DNA from: Gemmatimonadota bacterium
Lineage (GTDB): Bacteria; Gemmatimonadota; Gemmatimonadetes; Gemmatimonadales; GWC2-71-9
Direction: 5' to 3'
Length of the DNA: 64,000 nt
Assembly: GCA_016720805.1 (NCBI GenBank)
Contig: JADKJZ010000014.1
Span: forward strand, 516,904-580,903
The notes beneath the pieces were generated by a model that worked only from the letters and a program-made list of their open reading frames with translations, searched no databases and was not told the origin of the DNA. Made by a program: the position numbers and the translations under genes. Below are positions 46,154 to 55,471 of the stretch, one piece after another; within the stretch, counting starts at the first letter, position 1, and every line of letters starts with the position of its first letter.

Positions 46154-47464
46154 CTAGTGCTCGCGCCGGGCCCGATCGCCGGCGACGAGGTCGTCGAGGC
46201 CGGGCTGGAAATCAGGCGCCGCATTGCCCGGTCCGCCCCCGCGACGAGAGAGCGCGGCAAGCCATGGCGGTGTGACGACGGTGGTGCCGATCACCATCAG
46301 CATCACCGCACCGAAATGCTCGGACGTGAGCGCACCAGTCGCCAGCCCCATCTGCGCAAAGATCAATCCGACCTCGCCGCGCGGCACCATCGCGGCGCCG
46401 ATCAGCGCGTGCCGAACCGGCAGCCAGAACGGGGCATAGCCCGCGACGAACTTCCCCACGATCCCGATCAGCAGGAGCAGGCCGCCGAGCTGCAACGCCG
46501 CCGGCTGCAGCATCGCCGCGACGTCCACGGAGGCGCCGACGGAGGCGAAGAAGATCGGCACGAAGAAGTGCCCGAGTCCGGTGGTGGACTCTTCGATGGT
46601 ATGACGCTGCTTCGTCTCGTGCAGGATCAGCCCCGCAGCGAAGGCGCCGATGATCATCGCCGACCCCGCCAGGCCGGCGGCGGCGGCAAGGGCGAGTGCG
46701 AAGGCGAGGGCGAGCGCGCCCGTGGCACCGCTGACCTGCAGGCGCGAGATGGTGGCGAAGAGGCGCGGTGCGACGAGTCGGCCGGCCAGCAACGCGACGA
46801 CCAGGAAGCCGACGGCCACACCGCCGGTCTTCAGGGCGCTCGCGGTGGTGACCACGCCCCCCTCGGCGAGCGTGGCGACGATCGCAAGAATGACCAGCCC
46901 GACAACGTCGTCGAGGACGGCGGCACCCAGGACGGTCCTTCCCTCGGTGCTGTCGAGCTCGCCGAGGTCGCCAAGGATGCGGGCCGAGATGCCGATCGAG
47001 GTGGCGGTGAGCGCCGCGGCACAGACGACCGAGGGCAGCATCGGCAGGCCGAGCGCCGTGGTCACGGCGAGGCCTGCCGCGAACGGCAGCGCCACGCCGA
47101 CGCTGCCTACGGTCACGGCGGCCGGGCCGACCTTCAGCAACGAGGCGAGGTCGGTGTGCAGGCCGATCTGGAAGAGGAGGATGACCACGCCGAATTCCGC
47201 GATCATCGCCAGCATCGGATCGCCAGGGGTCACGATGCCGAGCAGCGACGGCCCGACCAGGATGCCGGCGAGCAATTCGCCGAGGACGGCGGGCTGGCCG
47301 ACGCGCATCGCGACCCAGCCCCCGAGGCGCGCCACCGTGACCAGGGCGGCGAGCACCAGGAAGAGCCCGGTCACGGCATGTCCATCGGCGGATGGAGCCG
47401 TCGAAAAGAGTCCGAGTACGATCATACCCCCAAGGTACACTCCCGAATGGAACCCTTGCACCAT
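46154..47464 (-). CDS. Cation:proton antiporter (CPA2 / Kef-type Na+/H+ exchanger family)
   Basis: 436 aa with about 12 TM helices. Motifs QPAVLGELLAGILVGPS and AEFGVVILLFQIGL. The start may instead be an internal Met. Confidence 0.8.
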   Translation of the reverse strand: MVQGFHSGVYLGGMIVLGLFSTAPSADGHAVTGLFLVLAALVTVARLGGWVAMRVGQPAVLGELLAGILVGPSLLGIVTPGDPMLAMIAEFGVVILLFQIGLHTDLASLLKVGPAAVTVGSVGVALPFAAGLAVTTALGLPMLPSVVCAAALTATSIGISARILGDLGELDSTEGRTVLGAAVLDDVVGLVILAIVATLAEGGVVTTASALKTGGVAVGFLVVALLAGRLVAPRLFATISRLQVSGATGALALAFALALAAAAGLAGSAMIIGAFAAGLILHETKQRHTIEESTTGLGHFFVPIFFASVGASVDVAAMLQPAALQLGGLLLLIGIVGKFVAGYAPFWLPVRHALIGAAMVPRGEVGLIFAQMGLATGALTSEHFGAVMLMVIGTTVVTPPWLAALSRRGGGPGNAAPDFQPGLDDLVAGDRARREH

Positions 47465-47511
47465 GGCATTACACTTCGAAACGCGCCACGCGGTGCGTCG
47501 AGGAGATCGCG

Positions 47512-49470
47512 ATGAGCAGGGATCAGAGTTGGTTGGAACGGACGTTGTACGGGACCGGGACGCCGTCGCCCCTGGCGCAGCTACTCGCGAAGCACGAGGG
47601 GTTGGCGTGGGCGAGCGTTGCGGGGTTGCTCCTCTTCACCAGCTGGATCGTCGAGCGGACCGCGATCTTCGCACCGTGGGTCGCACTCGCAGGCTACGGC
47701 CTCGTCGGCGTGATTGGCGGCCGCCAGCCGGTGCTGCACTTGGTGCGCGCGCTGCGGCGTGGCGCATTCCATCTCGACATCGACTTCCTGATGGTCGTCG
47801 CCGCGATTGGTGCAGCGAGTGTCGGCGCGTGGGCCGAGGGCGCCTTCCTCCTCTTTCTCTTTGCCCTGGCGAACGCACTCGAGGAGTACGCCCTCGACCG
47901 CGCGCGGTCGGCGATCCGCAACCTCGCCGACTTGGCGCCGGCGCAGGCGCGCCTGCTGCGCGATGGCGTCGAGGTGGAGATCCCGGTCGAGCAGGTGCGC
48001 ATCGGTGATGTGCTGGTGGTTCGTCCCGCCGAGCGGTTGCCGGCCGATGGCACGGTACGGACGGGACGATCGGCCATCAATCAGGCCCCGATCACCGGGG
48101 AATCGGTGCCGGTGGAGAAGGAGCCGGGCGATGAGGTCTTCGCCGGCACGGTGAACGGCGATGGCGCCCTCGAGATCACGGCGACGCGCGCGGTCGGTGA
48201 CCGTACACTCGACCGCGTCATCCGGCTGGTCGAGGAGGCGCAGGCGGCGAAGGCACCGGTCCAGCGCATCACCGAGCGGTTCGAGCGGATCTTCGTCCCG
48301 GCCGTCGTGATTGGCGACATCCTGCTGATCGTGGTGCCGGGGCTGATGGGGTGGATGCCGTGGGGCGAGAGCCTCTATCGCGGCATGACGGTACTGGTCG
48401 CGGCCTCGCCCTGCGCGATTGCGCTCGGCGCACCGGCCGCGATGCTGGCCGGCATCGCGCAAGCGGCAAAGCACGGCGTGCTGCTGAAGGGCGGCGCCTC
48501 CCTCGAGGCGCTCGCCACGGTGCGCGCCGTCGCCTTCGACAAGACCGGGACGCTGACGGCGGGGCGCCCCGAGGTGACCGACGTGACCCCGATGCCCGGC
48601 GTCACCATCCCTGAGCTGCTTGGGATGGCAGCGGCGGTCGAAGCGCGGTCACAGCATCCGCTGGCCCAGGCGGTGGTGCGTCGTGCGGCAACGGACGGGG
48701 TCACGTTGCCCGCCGCCGGTGAGCTGCAGAGCATGACGGCGCGGGGCGTGCGGGCCGACGTGGCCGGCCTGCCGGTGCTGATTGGGAGTGCGCGGCTCTG
48801 GACCGATGACGGGATCGCCTTCCCGGCCGAGATCACGGCGGCGCTGGAGGAAATGAGTGCCCGCGGCCGCAGCATGATGATCGTTCGCCATGGCGAGCGT
48901 TGGCTCGGCGTGCTGGGCCTGCTCGATCCGCCGCGGCCCTCGGTGCATGCCACGCTGGAGCGATTGCGGGCGTTGCACCTCAAACCGCTGGTGATGCTCA
49001 CCGGCGATCACCGCGGCGTCGGCGAGGCGATCGGTCGCGAGGTCGGTGTCGATGAGGTGCGCGCTGATCTGCTCCCCGAGGACAAGGTCACCGCCATCCA
49101 CGAACTGATGGCGGCGCACGGGACCATGGTGATGGTGGGCGACGGCGTGAATGACGCGCCGGCGCTCGCCGCGTCGACGGTGGGGATCGCGATGGGAGGC
49201 GCCGGCACCGCCGCCGCGCTCGAGACCGCCGACGCCGCCCTCATGGGCGACGACCTGGCCCGCCTCCCCTGGGCGATCGGCCTGGCCCGGGCCACGCGGC
49301 GGATCGTTTTCCAGAACCTGGCGATCGCCGGCGGCGTCATGCTGACGCTGCTGATCCTGGCGGCGAGCGGGATCCTCACGATCGGCCCCGCAGTGGTCGG
49401 GCACGAGGGGAGCACGCTGGTGGTGATTGCGAATGCGTTGCGGCTGCTGGCGTACAAGGATGATGGATGA
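47512..49470 (+). CDS. Heavy-metal P1B-type ATPase without an N-terminal metal-binding domain (SPC / HEGST motifs; P1B-4-like, Co/Zn-type)
   Basis: GGAG lies upstream of the ATG. Motifs TGES, SPC in the TM region (VAASPCAIALG), DKTGTLT, GDGVNDAPAL and HEGSTLVV. The last 3 codons and the stop lie in a GGATGAT array. Confidence 0.85.
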   Translation: MSRDQSWLERTLYGTGTPSPLAQLLAKHEGLAWASVAGLLLFTSWIVERTAIFAPWVALAGYGLVGVIGGRQPVLHLVRALRRGAFHLDIDFLMVVAAIGAASVGAWAEGAFLLFLFALANALEEYALDRARSAIRNLADLAPAQARLLRDGVEVEIPVEQVRIGDVLVVRPAERLPADGTVRTGRSAINQAPITGESVPVEKEPGDEVFAGTVNGDGALEITATRAVGDRTLDRVIRLVEEAQAAKAPVQRITERFERIFVPAVVIGDILLIVVPGLMGWMPWGESLYRGMTVLVAASPCAIALGAPAAMLAGIAQAAKHGVLLKGGASLEALATVRAVAFDKTGTLTAGRPEVTDVTPMPGVTIPELLGMAAAVEARSQHPLAQAVVRRAATDGVTLPAAGELQSMTARGVRADVAGLPVLIGSARLWTDDGIAFPAEITAALEEMSARGRSMMIVRHGERWLGVLGLLDPPRPSVHATLERLRALHLKPLVMLTGDHRGVGEAIGREVGVDEVRADLLPEDKVTAIHELMAAHGTMVMVGDGVNDAPALAASTVGIAMGGAGTAAALETADAALMGDDLARLPWAIGLARATRRIVFQNLAIAGGVMLTLLILAASGILTIGPAVVGHEGSTLVVIANALRLLAYKDDG

Positions 49471-49542
49471 TGGATGATGGACGATGGATGATGGATGATG
49501 GATGACGGCTCCGATCGATCCATCATCCATCATCCATCATCC
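49458..49542. repeat. Hairpin element (GGATGAT-type)x7 / 12-nt loop / TCC(ATCATCC)x3
   Basis: Read directly. It lies at a co-directional junction between the ATPase and ADH genes. Confidence 0.9.
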
Positions 49543-49604
49543 TACTTCCCCTCGCCCTATTCTCCGGCCATCCTTCCCGCTCCCCGTTCCGCCCGGAGTC
49601 CCAC

Positions 49605-50720
49605 ATGCCACAGCTCGGCGAAACCGTTCGTGCCGCGGTCATCGATACGCCCAATGCGCCGCTCCGCGTGGTGAGCTTCGGGACTCCCACCCTCGCGCCC
49701 GGCTCCGCCCTGCTGCGCACCTCCTACTCCGAAGTGTGCGGCACCGATGTGCACATCTGGCGGGGCCGCATGCCGGGGGTGCCGTTCCCGATCATTCCCG
49801 GGCACGTCAGCGTCGGTGTCCTCGCGGCGGTCAGCGGGAAACTTCTTGATATTCACGGTACCCGATTCAAGGAAGGCGACCTGGTCACCTTTCTGGACGT
49901 GCACGGCACCTGCGGCAACTGCTGGTACTGCCTCGTGGCGAAGCAGACCACGCGCTGTCCGCATCGGCGCGTGTACGGCATCACCTACGGCGTCGACGAC
50001 GGCCTGTTGGGTGGATGGTCAGAGGCCATCTACATGAAGCCCGGCCTCAAGATGATTCGCATCCCGACCGGCCTCCGGCCGGAGACCTTCATCGGCGGCG
50101 GTTGCGGCCTGGTGACCGCCGTCCACGTGATGGACCGCGCCGACGTGCAACTCGGGCAGACGGTGGTCGTGCTCGGTGTCGGTCCGGTGGGGCAGTCGAT
50201 CATCGCCCTCTCGGCACAGGCCGGAGCAGGGCAGGTCATCGGCATCGGTGAGCCGGTCGATCGTCTGGCCTACGCCAAGCGGATGGGAGCGACGCATGTC
50301 ATCGGACTCGACTTGCCGCCCGCCGATCGGGTGGCTGAAGTGCGCCGGATGACGCAGGGACGCGGGGCTGACATCGTGATCGAGGCGACGGGCGCCCCGG
50401 CCGCCGTGACGCAGGCACTCGACCTGGTCCGCGACGGTGGCCGCGTGGTGGTCTGTGGGCAGTACTCCGACCACGGCGACACCCCGCTCAATCCGCACCG
50501 GCAGATCAACCGGACCCATGTGGAGATCCGCGGCGTCTGGGGTTCCGACTACTCGCACTTCCACCGTGCCGTCGAATTCGCCACGCACTGGGGCGATCGG
50601 ATTCCGTGGGCCGAGCAGGTGTCCGGTCGCTACCCGCTGGAGCGGGTGCAGGAGGCGCTCGAAGCGGTCGAACAGCGCCGCGTGCTCAAGGCGCTGGTGG
50701 TGCCGGGCGCGTCGGTGTGA
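49605..50720 (+). CDS. Zinc-dependent alcohol dehydrogenase (MDR superfamily)
   Basis: Motifs CGTDVHIW, GHVSVG, CGNCWYC and GVGPVGQ. Confidence 0.85.
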   Translation: MPQLGETVRAAVIDTPNAPLRVVSFGTPTLAPGSALLRTSYSEVCGTDVHIWRGRMPGVPFPIIPGHVSVGVLAAVSGKLLDIHGTRFKEGDLVTFLDVHGTCGNCWYCLVAKQTTRCPHRRVYGITYGVDDGLLGGWSEAIYMKPGLKMIRIPTGLRPETFIGGGCGLVTAVHVMDRADVQLGQTVVVLGVGPVGQSIIALSAQAGAGQVIGIGEPVDRLAYAKRMGATHVIGLDLPPADRVAEVRRMTQGRGADIVIEATGAPAAVTQALDLVRDGGRVVVCGQYSDHGDTPLNPHRQINRTHVEIRGVWGSDYSHFHRAVEFATHWGDRIPWAEQVSGRYPLERVQEALEAVEQRRVLKALVVPGASV

Positions 50721-52636
50721 CCTCGGCGGACCATTCCCGTCCTGCCACCGAAGCGCTCGCAGCGTGGTTCCTCGGCCCCGGCGGCGAGAACGCGGCGGAG
50801 CTCGAAGCGCTCGCCGCCGAGGCCATCCGCGACCATGTCGACTGGCGGCGTGCCTTCCATCCGGAGGACGGTGCCGTCCTCTCGCCCGAGCGGATCGCCG
50901 CGCCAGGTGCGGAGGCTGCGCGCGCCCTGCTCGCGCGCGAGTTCCGATCGCTGCTGGTCGAGCTCAAGCGCGATGTCCCCTTCTACAGCGGGCGCTACCT
51001 CGGCCACATGCTCGGCGAGCAGACGCTCGCGGCGCAGCTGGGGTACCTCGCGGCGATGCTCTACAATCCGAACAACGTCGCGGCCGAAGTGTCACCGGTC
51101 ACGTCGCGGCTCGAGGTGGAGGTCGCAGAGCAGCTCGCGGCGATGATCGGCTACGCGGCCGATACGTCATGGGGCCATCTGACCTCCGGTGGCACGATCG
51201 CGAATTTCGAGGCGCTGTGGATCGCCCGGAGCATTCGCTATCACGGCGTGGCACTGGCGCTGGCCGCCGCCGGCGCCGGGGTTTCGCTCATGATCCGGCT
51301 TCCCGACGGGGCGCGCCGCGACCTGCGCGACCTCTCGCTCTGGCAACTCCTCAATCTCGAGCCGGCCGACACGCTCGATGCCGACCGGGAACTGCGTCGG
51401 CTGCTTCCACCCGCCGAGGCGCGTGCGGCCCTCGACGCGCATTCGCTCGCCACGATCGGCTATCAGGACTACGCGCGCCAACTCTCGAGCGCGTATGGCG
51501 ACGCCTTGGCGCCAGGGGTGGTGCTGGTGGCCTCGACGGCGCATTACTCCTGGGAGAAGATCACCCGCGCGCTCGGCATCGGCGGACACTGCATGGTGGC
51601 GGTGCCCGTCGATGCGCACGCGCGGATGGACCCCGCCGCGCTCTGGAGCATCCTGCAGGAGTGCGCCGCGACGCGGACTCCGGTGCTCGCGCTGGTGAGT
51701 GTCTGCGGCAGCACGGAGGAGGGGGCGGTCGACCAGCTCGACCAGATCGGGGCGGTGCGCGAGCGCGCCGCGCGCGAGCTGGGGCTGACCTTCCACTGGC
51801 ACGCCGACGCTTGCTTCGGGGGCTACGCCGCCTCGGTGACGCGCGCGGCCGATGGCTCGCGCCGGCACGGCGAATCCATCCGCACCGCGACCGGGATCGC
51901 GTGGCCCAGTGACGCGTGGGTCGCCGCGATGACGGCGCTCGAGCAGACCGACTCGGTCACCATCGATCCGCACAAGCTCGGCTACATCCCCTATCCGGCC
52001 GGCGCGTTCCTGCTGCGTGACCGACGCGCGCGCGCACTCGTGGCGATCGACCCGCCATACCTCACGCAGTCGACCCACGATGCGCATGCTGACGAGCGCT
52101 TCCTGGGGCGGTGGATTCTCGAGGGGTCGAAGCCCGGGGCCGCGGCGGCTGCGGTGTGGCTGTCCCATCGCGTGGTGCCGCTCGACGAGCGCGGGTATGG
52201 CACCATCATCGCACGCGCCGTGGCCGGCGCACACCGCCTTCACCAGGCGCTCGACGTGCCAGGCAGCGTGCGCTTGCCACTGCCGGATCTCTCGGTGGTC
52301 AACTGGGTGATGACGAGCCCAGGGGTGCACGGTCTCGTGGCACTCAATGCGATGAACGAGTCGATCTATCGCCAGTTGTCGCCGGGTGACGAGCCGCCGC
52401 GCTACTTCATCACGCGGACGCGACTCGCCTCACCATCGGCCGACGGCATCGTCCTGCCGCTGCTGGGGGCGCTGGGGGTGTCGGAGATGGAGTGGCGACG
52501 CCACGGCCTGGTGGTGCTGCGCGCGGTCGTGATGACGCCGTACCTCGTCGATCCGCCGGGGACGGCCGATCACTGCGCCGGGCTGGTGGCCGCGCTGCAC
52601 GAAGCCACCCTGCGCGCGGCGGCCGAGTTCAGCTGA
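50717..52636 (+). CDS. Group II pyridoxal-dependent decarboxylase (aromatic-amino-acid/tyrosine decarboxylase-like)
   Basis: The GTG start overlaps the ADH stop (GTGA). Motifs LTSGGTIANFEALW and the PLP-lysine motif DPHKLGYIPYPAG. Confidence 0.75.
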   Translation: MTSADHSRPATEALAAWFLGPGGENAAELEALAAEAIRDHVDWRRAFHPEDGAVLSPERIAAPGAEAARALLAREFRSLLVELKRDVPFYSGRYLGHMLGEQTLAAQLGYLAAMLYNPNNVAAEVSPVTSRLEVEVAEQLAAMIGYAADTSWGHLTSGGTIANFEALWIARSIRYHGVALALAAAGAGVSLMIRLPDGARRDLRDLSLWQLLNLEPADTLDADRELRRLLPPAEARAALDAHSLATIGYQDYARQLSSAYGDALAPGVVLVASTAHYSWEKITRALGIGGHCMVAVPVDAHARMDPAALWSILQECAATRTPVLALVSVCGSTEEGAVDQLDQIGAVRERAARELGLTFHWHADACFGGYAASVTRAADGSRRHGESIRTATGIAWPSDAWVAAMTALEQTDSVTIDPHKLGYIPYPAGAFLLRDRRARALVAIDPPYLTQSTHDAHADERFLGRWILEGSKPGAAAAAVWLSHRVVPLDERGYGTIIARAVAGAHRLHQALDVPGSVRLPLPDLSVVNWVMTSPGVHGLVALNAMNESIYRQLSPGDEPPRYFITRTRLASPSADGIVLPLLGALGVSEMEWRRHGLVVLRAVVMTPYLVDPPGTADHCAGLVAALHEATLRAAAEFS

Positions 52637-54038
52637 AGAGCGGGCGCGGCTCGCTGGGCCCGACGCCGAGCCAGGCGCAGATGACCGGGTAGAGGTCGAC
52701 GGTGCGCAGCGGGCCGGCCGGGAGGGGTCGGTTTGACCATGCCGGCGTGAGCATGTGACCCGCGATCAACGAGCCGTGACCGGACTTGTGCTCCGGATAC
52801 TCCCACGCCTCGCGGAAGTCCCACCCCTCGGCTGCGGCGATCACGAGGTCGCCGGTGCGCGGCGCCTGGAATTGATCGAGCAGCGAGACCGGCCCATCGG
52901 GGAACGGGCCGTCAATCGTGCGCGCCAACCACTCGCGATGATCATGCGTCGCATCGGCGCCGATCACCAGGGGATCACCGCTGACCCGCGTGTAGTGAAT
53001 CGCCTCGCCATCGCGGCGAAGCGTCGCCTCGCCCGCGTCGGATGCCACCCGCACGCCACCGCCAGCTTCCGCTCCCGCCACCAGTGCGATCCCCGCTTCC
53101 GCGGTGAGGGCGGCGACGGCGTCGCCTTGCACGCCGAGCGCACCAGACGCGCGGAGCTGTGCGAGCGGATGCCGTGCGGCGCGTGGGATGTTGGGCTCGG
53201 CATAGACGGCGGCCTGCGCGTTGCCCGCCACCATCACCGCGACCTGCGGGTCCCGAGTCCAGAGGACCGGATGCGCCAGCGTCCGCGCGCCGCGCCGCCG
53301 GAACCAGGTCGCGAGGTCGAGGTGGTGGTGCACCGGCGCCGCGCCGTGGTCGCTCACGATCATGATCAGCGTGTCGTCGAGCCGACCCAGCGCGCGCAGC
53401 CGCTCGGTGAGCGCACCGATCGTGGCGTCGACCTTCCGGAGCGAGTCGAGCACGCGCGGCGCGTCGGGAGTGGCCGCGTGGGTGTGGCCGTCGACGGCGG
53501 GGAACTGCGCAAAGCAGAACCGCCAGTCGCCGCCGACCTGCGCCAGGAGCTCGGCGGCAACGGCGTCGTCGCCCGGCTGGTGGTTCTCGGTGTAGTGCGA
53601 GACGGTGCCCCAGAACTTGCGGGCGCCCTGGATCCGGTCGGCGTCGACCGAGAGGCCGCGGGTGATCATCGAGAAGATCGCGATGCTCTCGGGCACCAGC
53701 TCGAAGATGGTCGCCACGTCGGGCGCGATGTCGCGGTTCAGGTGCCCCGCCTGCCAGCCGCAGTAGCTGCGCACGGCGTCGCGATCGGCCCACCAGCGGC
53801 CGGTGTAGGCCTCGCGATCGAGCCAGCGGATCGAGGGGACGTTGCAACGCCCGGGCAATGCGCCGGTCAGGAAGGGGAGGTACGCCACCGACGTGGTCGA
53901 GGGAAACGCCGTCGCGGCCCGCGACCGGGTACCACCCGCCGTCAGGGCGGCAAGGTGCGGAAGGTGGCCGGCGGCGAGTTCGCGTTCGGCAACATCGGCC
54001 CGGAGGCCATCAACCAGCAGGAGGAGGACGCGCTTCAC
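52629..54038 (-). CDS. Alkaline-phosphatase superfamily enzyme (type I phosphodiesterase/nucleotide pyrophosphatase-like)
   Basis: Motifs VLLLLVDGLRAD, FPSTTS and VSDHGA. The start is GTG at 54038 (preferred) or GTG at 54113; the latter would translate the heptamer array. Confidence 0.7.
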   Translation of the reverse strand: MKRVLLLLVDGLRADVAERELAAGHLPHLAALTAGGTRSRAATAFPSTTSVAYLPFLTGALPGRCNVPSIRWLDREAYTGRWWADRDAVRSYCGWQAGHLNRDIAPDVATIFELVPESIAIFSMITRGLSVDADRIQGARKFWGTVSHYTENHQPGDDAVAAELLAQVGGDWRFCFAQFPAVDGHTHAATPDAPRVLDSLRKVDATIGALTERLRALGRLDDTLIMIVSDHGAAPVHHHLDLATWFRRRGARTLAHPVLWTRDPQVAVMVAGNAQAAVYAEPNIPRAARHPLAQLRASGALGVQGDAVAALTAEAGIALVAGAEAGGGVRVASDAGEATLRRDGEAIHYTRVSGDPLVIGADATHDHREWLARTIDGPFPDGPVSLLDQFQAPRTGDLVIAAAEGWDFREAWEYPEHKSGHGSLIAGHMLTPAWSNRPLPAGPLRTVDLYPVICAWLGVGPSEPRPLFS

Positions 54039-54053
54039 GGCGGGCAGTTTAAT

Positions 54054-54109
54054 GCGGGGAGCGGGGAGCGAGAAGCGAGGGGTGAGGGGTGAGGGGTGAG
54101 GGGTGAGGG
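54054..54109. repeat. Direct heptamer array GCGGGGA x2, GCGAGAA, GCGAGGG, GTGAGGG x4
   Basis: Read directly. It lies in the divergent region between the AP-superfamily gene and the Nramp gene. No complementary arm was found nearby. Confidence 0.85.
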
Positions 54110-54157
54110 GCACGTTGGCCGGGTATACTCCAGCACTCCCCTGAAACAGGATGTTGT

Positions 54158-55471
54158 ATGGCGACTGAGCCCCCGATCGTGGAACGTCCGAGTGACGCGG
54201 CGCGATGGGCCCGTGGTGGCCCCCGTGCCGTGCGTCGGTTCTGGCACTCCCTCGGGCCGGGGCTGATTACCGGGGCCGCCGATGACGATCCATCCGGCAT
54301 CGCCACCTACTCGATTGCCGGCGCCCGCTTCGGCACCTCGCTGCTCTGGATGTCGGTGCTCACCTGGCCGTTGATGGCAGCGGTGCAGACGATGTGCGCC
54401 CGAATCGGCATGGTGACCGGCCATGGCCTGGCGGCGGCGCTGCAACAGAAGTTTCCCCGCCCCGTGCTGCTGGTGATGTGTGTCGGGTTGATGATTGCCA
54501 ACACCATCAACATCGGCGCCGATCTCGCCGGGATGGCCGACGCCGCCGAGCTGATCACCGGGATCAACTCCCATTTGCTCGTCGTGGTCTTCGGTGGCCT
54601 GATCGCGTGGGCGACGGTCCAGCTGCGCTACGCCGCCTTTGCGCGCATCCTCAAGTGGCTCGCCCTGGTGCTTGGCGTCTACATCATCGCGGCGATCGAT
54701 CTCAAGCCGGTCTGGAGCTCGGTGCTGCACGACACCTTCCTCCCCTCCGGCCTCGATTCGCGCGAGGCGTGGTCCACCGTGGTCGCGATCCTCGGCACGA
54801 CGATCTCGCCCTACCTCTTCTTCTGGCAGGCGTCGCAGGAAGTCGAGGAAGAGAAGGCCGCCGGCAAGGTGACGGAGGAAGCCCGGCGCGGCGCGACGGC
54901 GGCGCAGCTCCGCGCCCGGAAGCTCGACGTCGGCTTCGGCACCTTCTTCTCCAACCTCGCGATGTTCTTCATCATCCTGACGACGGCGCTGACCCTGCAC
55001 AAGGCGGGCATTACCGAACTCGCGACCGGCGCCGAGGTGGCGAAGGCGCTCGAGCCGCTCGCCGGGCGCTTCTCGTCGTGGCTGTACGCCATCGGCGTGA
55101 TCGGCACCGGCGCGCTGGCGATTCCCACGCTGGCCGGCTCCGCGGCGTACGCCTTCGCCGAGACGCTTGGCTGGCAGCAAGGGATGGACGAGGACTTCCG
55201 TCGCGCCGAGCCGTTCTACGCCGTGATCGTCGTGGCGCTGCTGATCGGCGTCCTGCTCGATTTCGCCAACGTCTCGCCCGTCAAGGCGCTGTACTGGACC
55301 GCCGTCCTCAACGGCGTGCTGGCGCCCTTCCTGCTCACGGCGATTCTGATGGTCGCCGGCAACAAGGCCATCATGCAGGGGCAGCCGTCGTCGCGGCTCG
55401 GGATGGTGACGGTCGGCATCACGACGGTGGTGATGTTTGGGGCGGCGATTGCGATGTTTGTGGCGAGATGA
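54158..55471 (+). CDS. mntH: Nramp family divalent metal (Mn2+/Fe2+) transporter
   Basis: GPGLITGAADDDPSGIATYS motif. 437 aa and polytopic. Confidence 0.85.
   Translation: MATEPPIVERPSDAARWARGGPRAVRRFWHSLGPGLITGAADDDPSGIATYSIAGARFGTSLLWMSVLTWPLMAAVQTMCARIGMVTGHGLAAALQQKFPRPVLLVMCVGLMIANTINIGADLAGMADAAELITGINSHLLVVVFGGLIAWATVQLRYAAFARILKWLALVLGVYIIAAIDLKPVWSSVLHDTFLPSGLDSREAWSTVVAILGTTISPYLFFWQASQEVEEEKAAGKVTEEARRGATAAQLRARKLDVGFGTFFSNLAMFFIILTTALTLHKAGITELATGAEVAKALEPLAGRFSSWLYAIGVIGTGALAIPTLAGSAAYAFAETLGWQQGMDEDFRRAEPFYAVIVVALLIGVLLDFANVSPVKALYWTAVLNGVLAPFLLTAILMVAGNKAIMQGQPSSRLGMVTVGITTVVMFGAAIAMFVAR

Noticed and set aside
54039-54113. Longer start (GTG at 54113) for the AP-superfamily gene
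   Set aside because: It would translate the heptamer array into a Pro/Ser-rich peptide with no signal-peptide character. The GTG at 54038 lies directly before the conserved VLLLLVDGLRAD core. This remains uncertain.
54124-54129. The TATACTCCA motif shared upstream of the Nramp gene (54124) and the lipoprotein gene (58742), considered as a possible sigma-70 -10 box
   Set aside because: There are only two occurrences, with no convincing -35 at 16-18 nt and no knowledge of this clade's promoter consensus. It is not reported as a feature.
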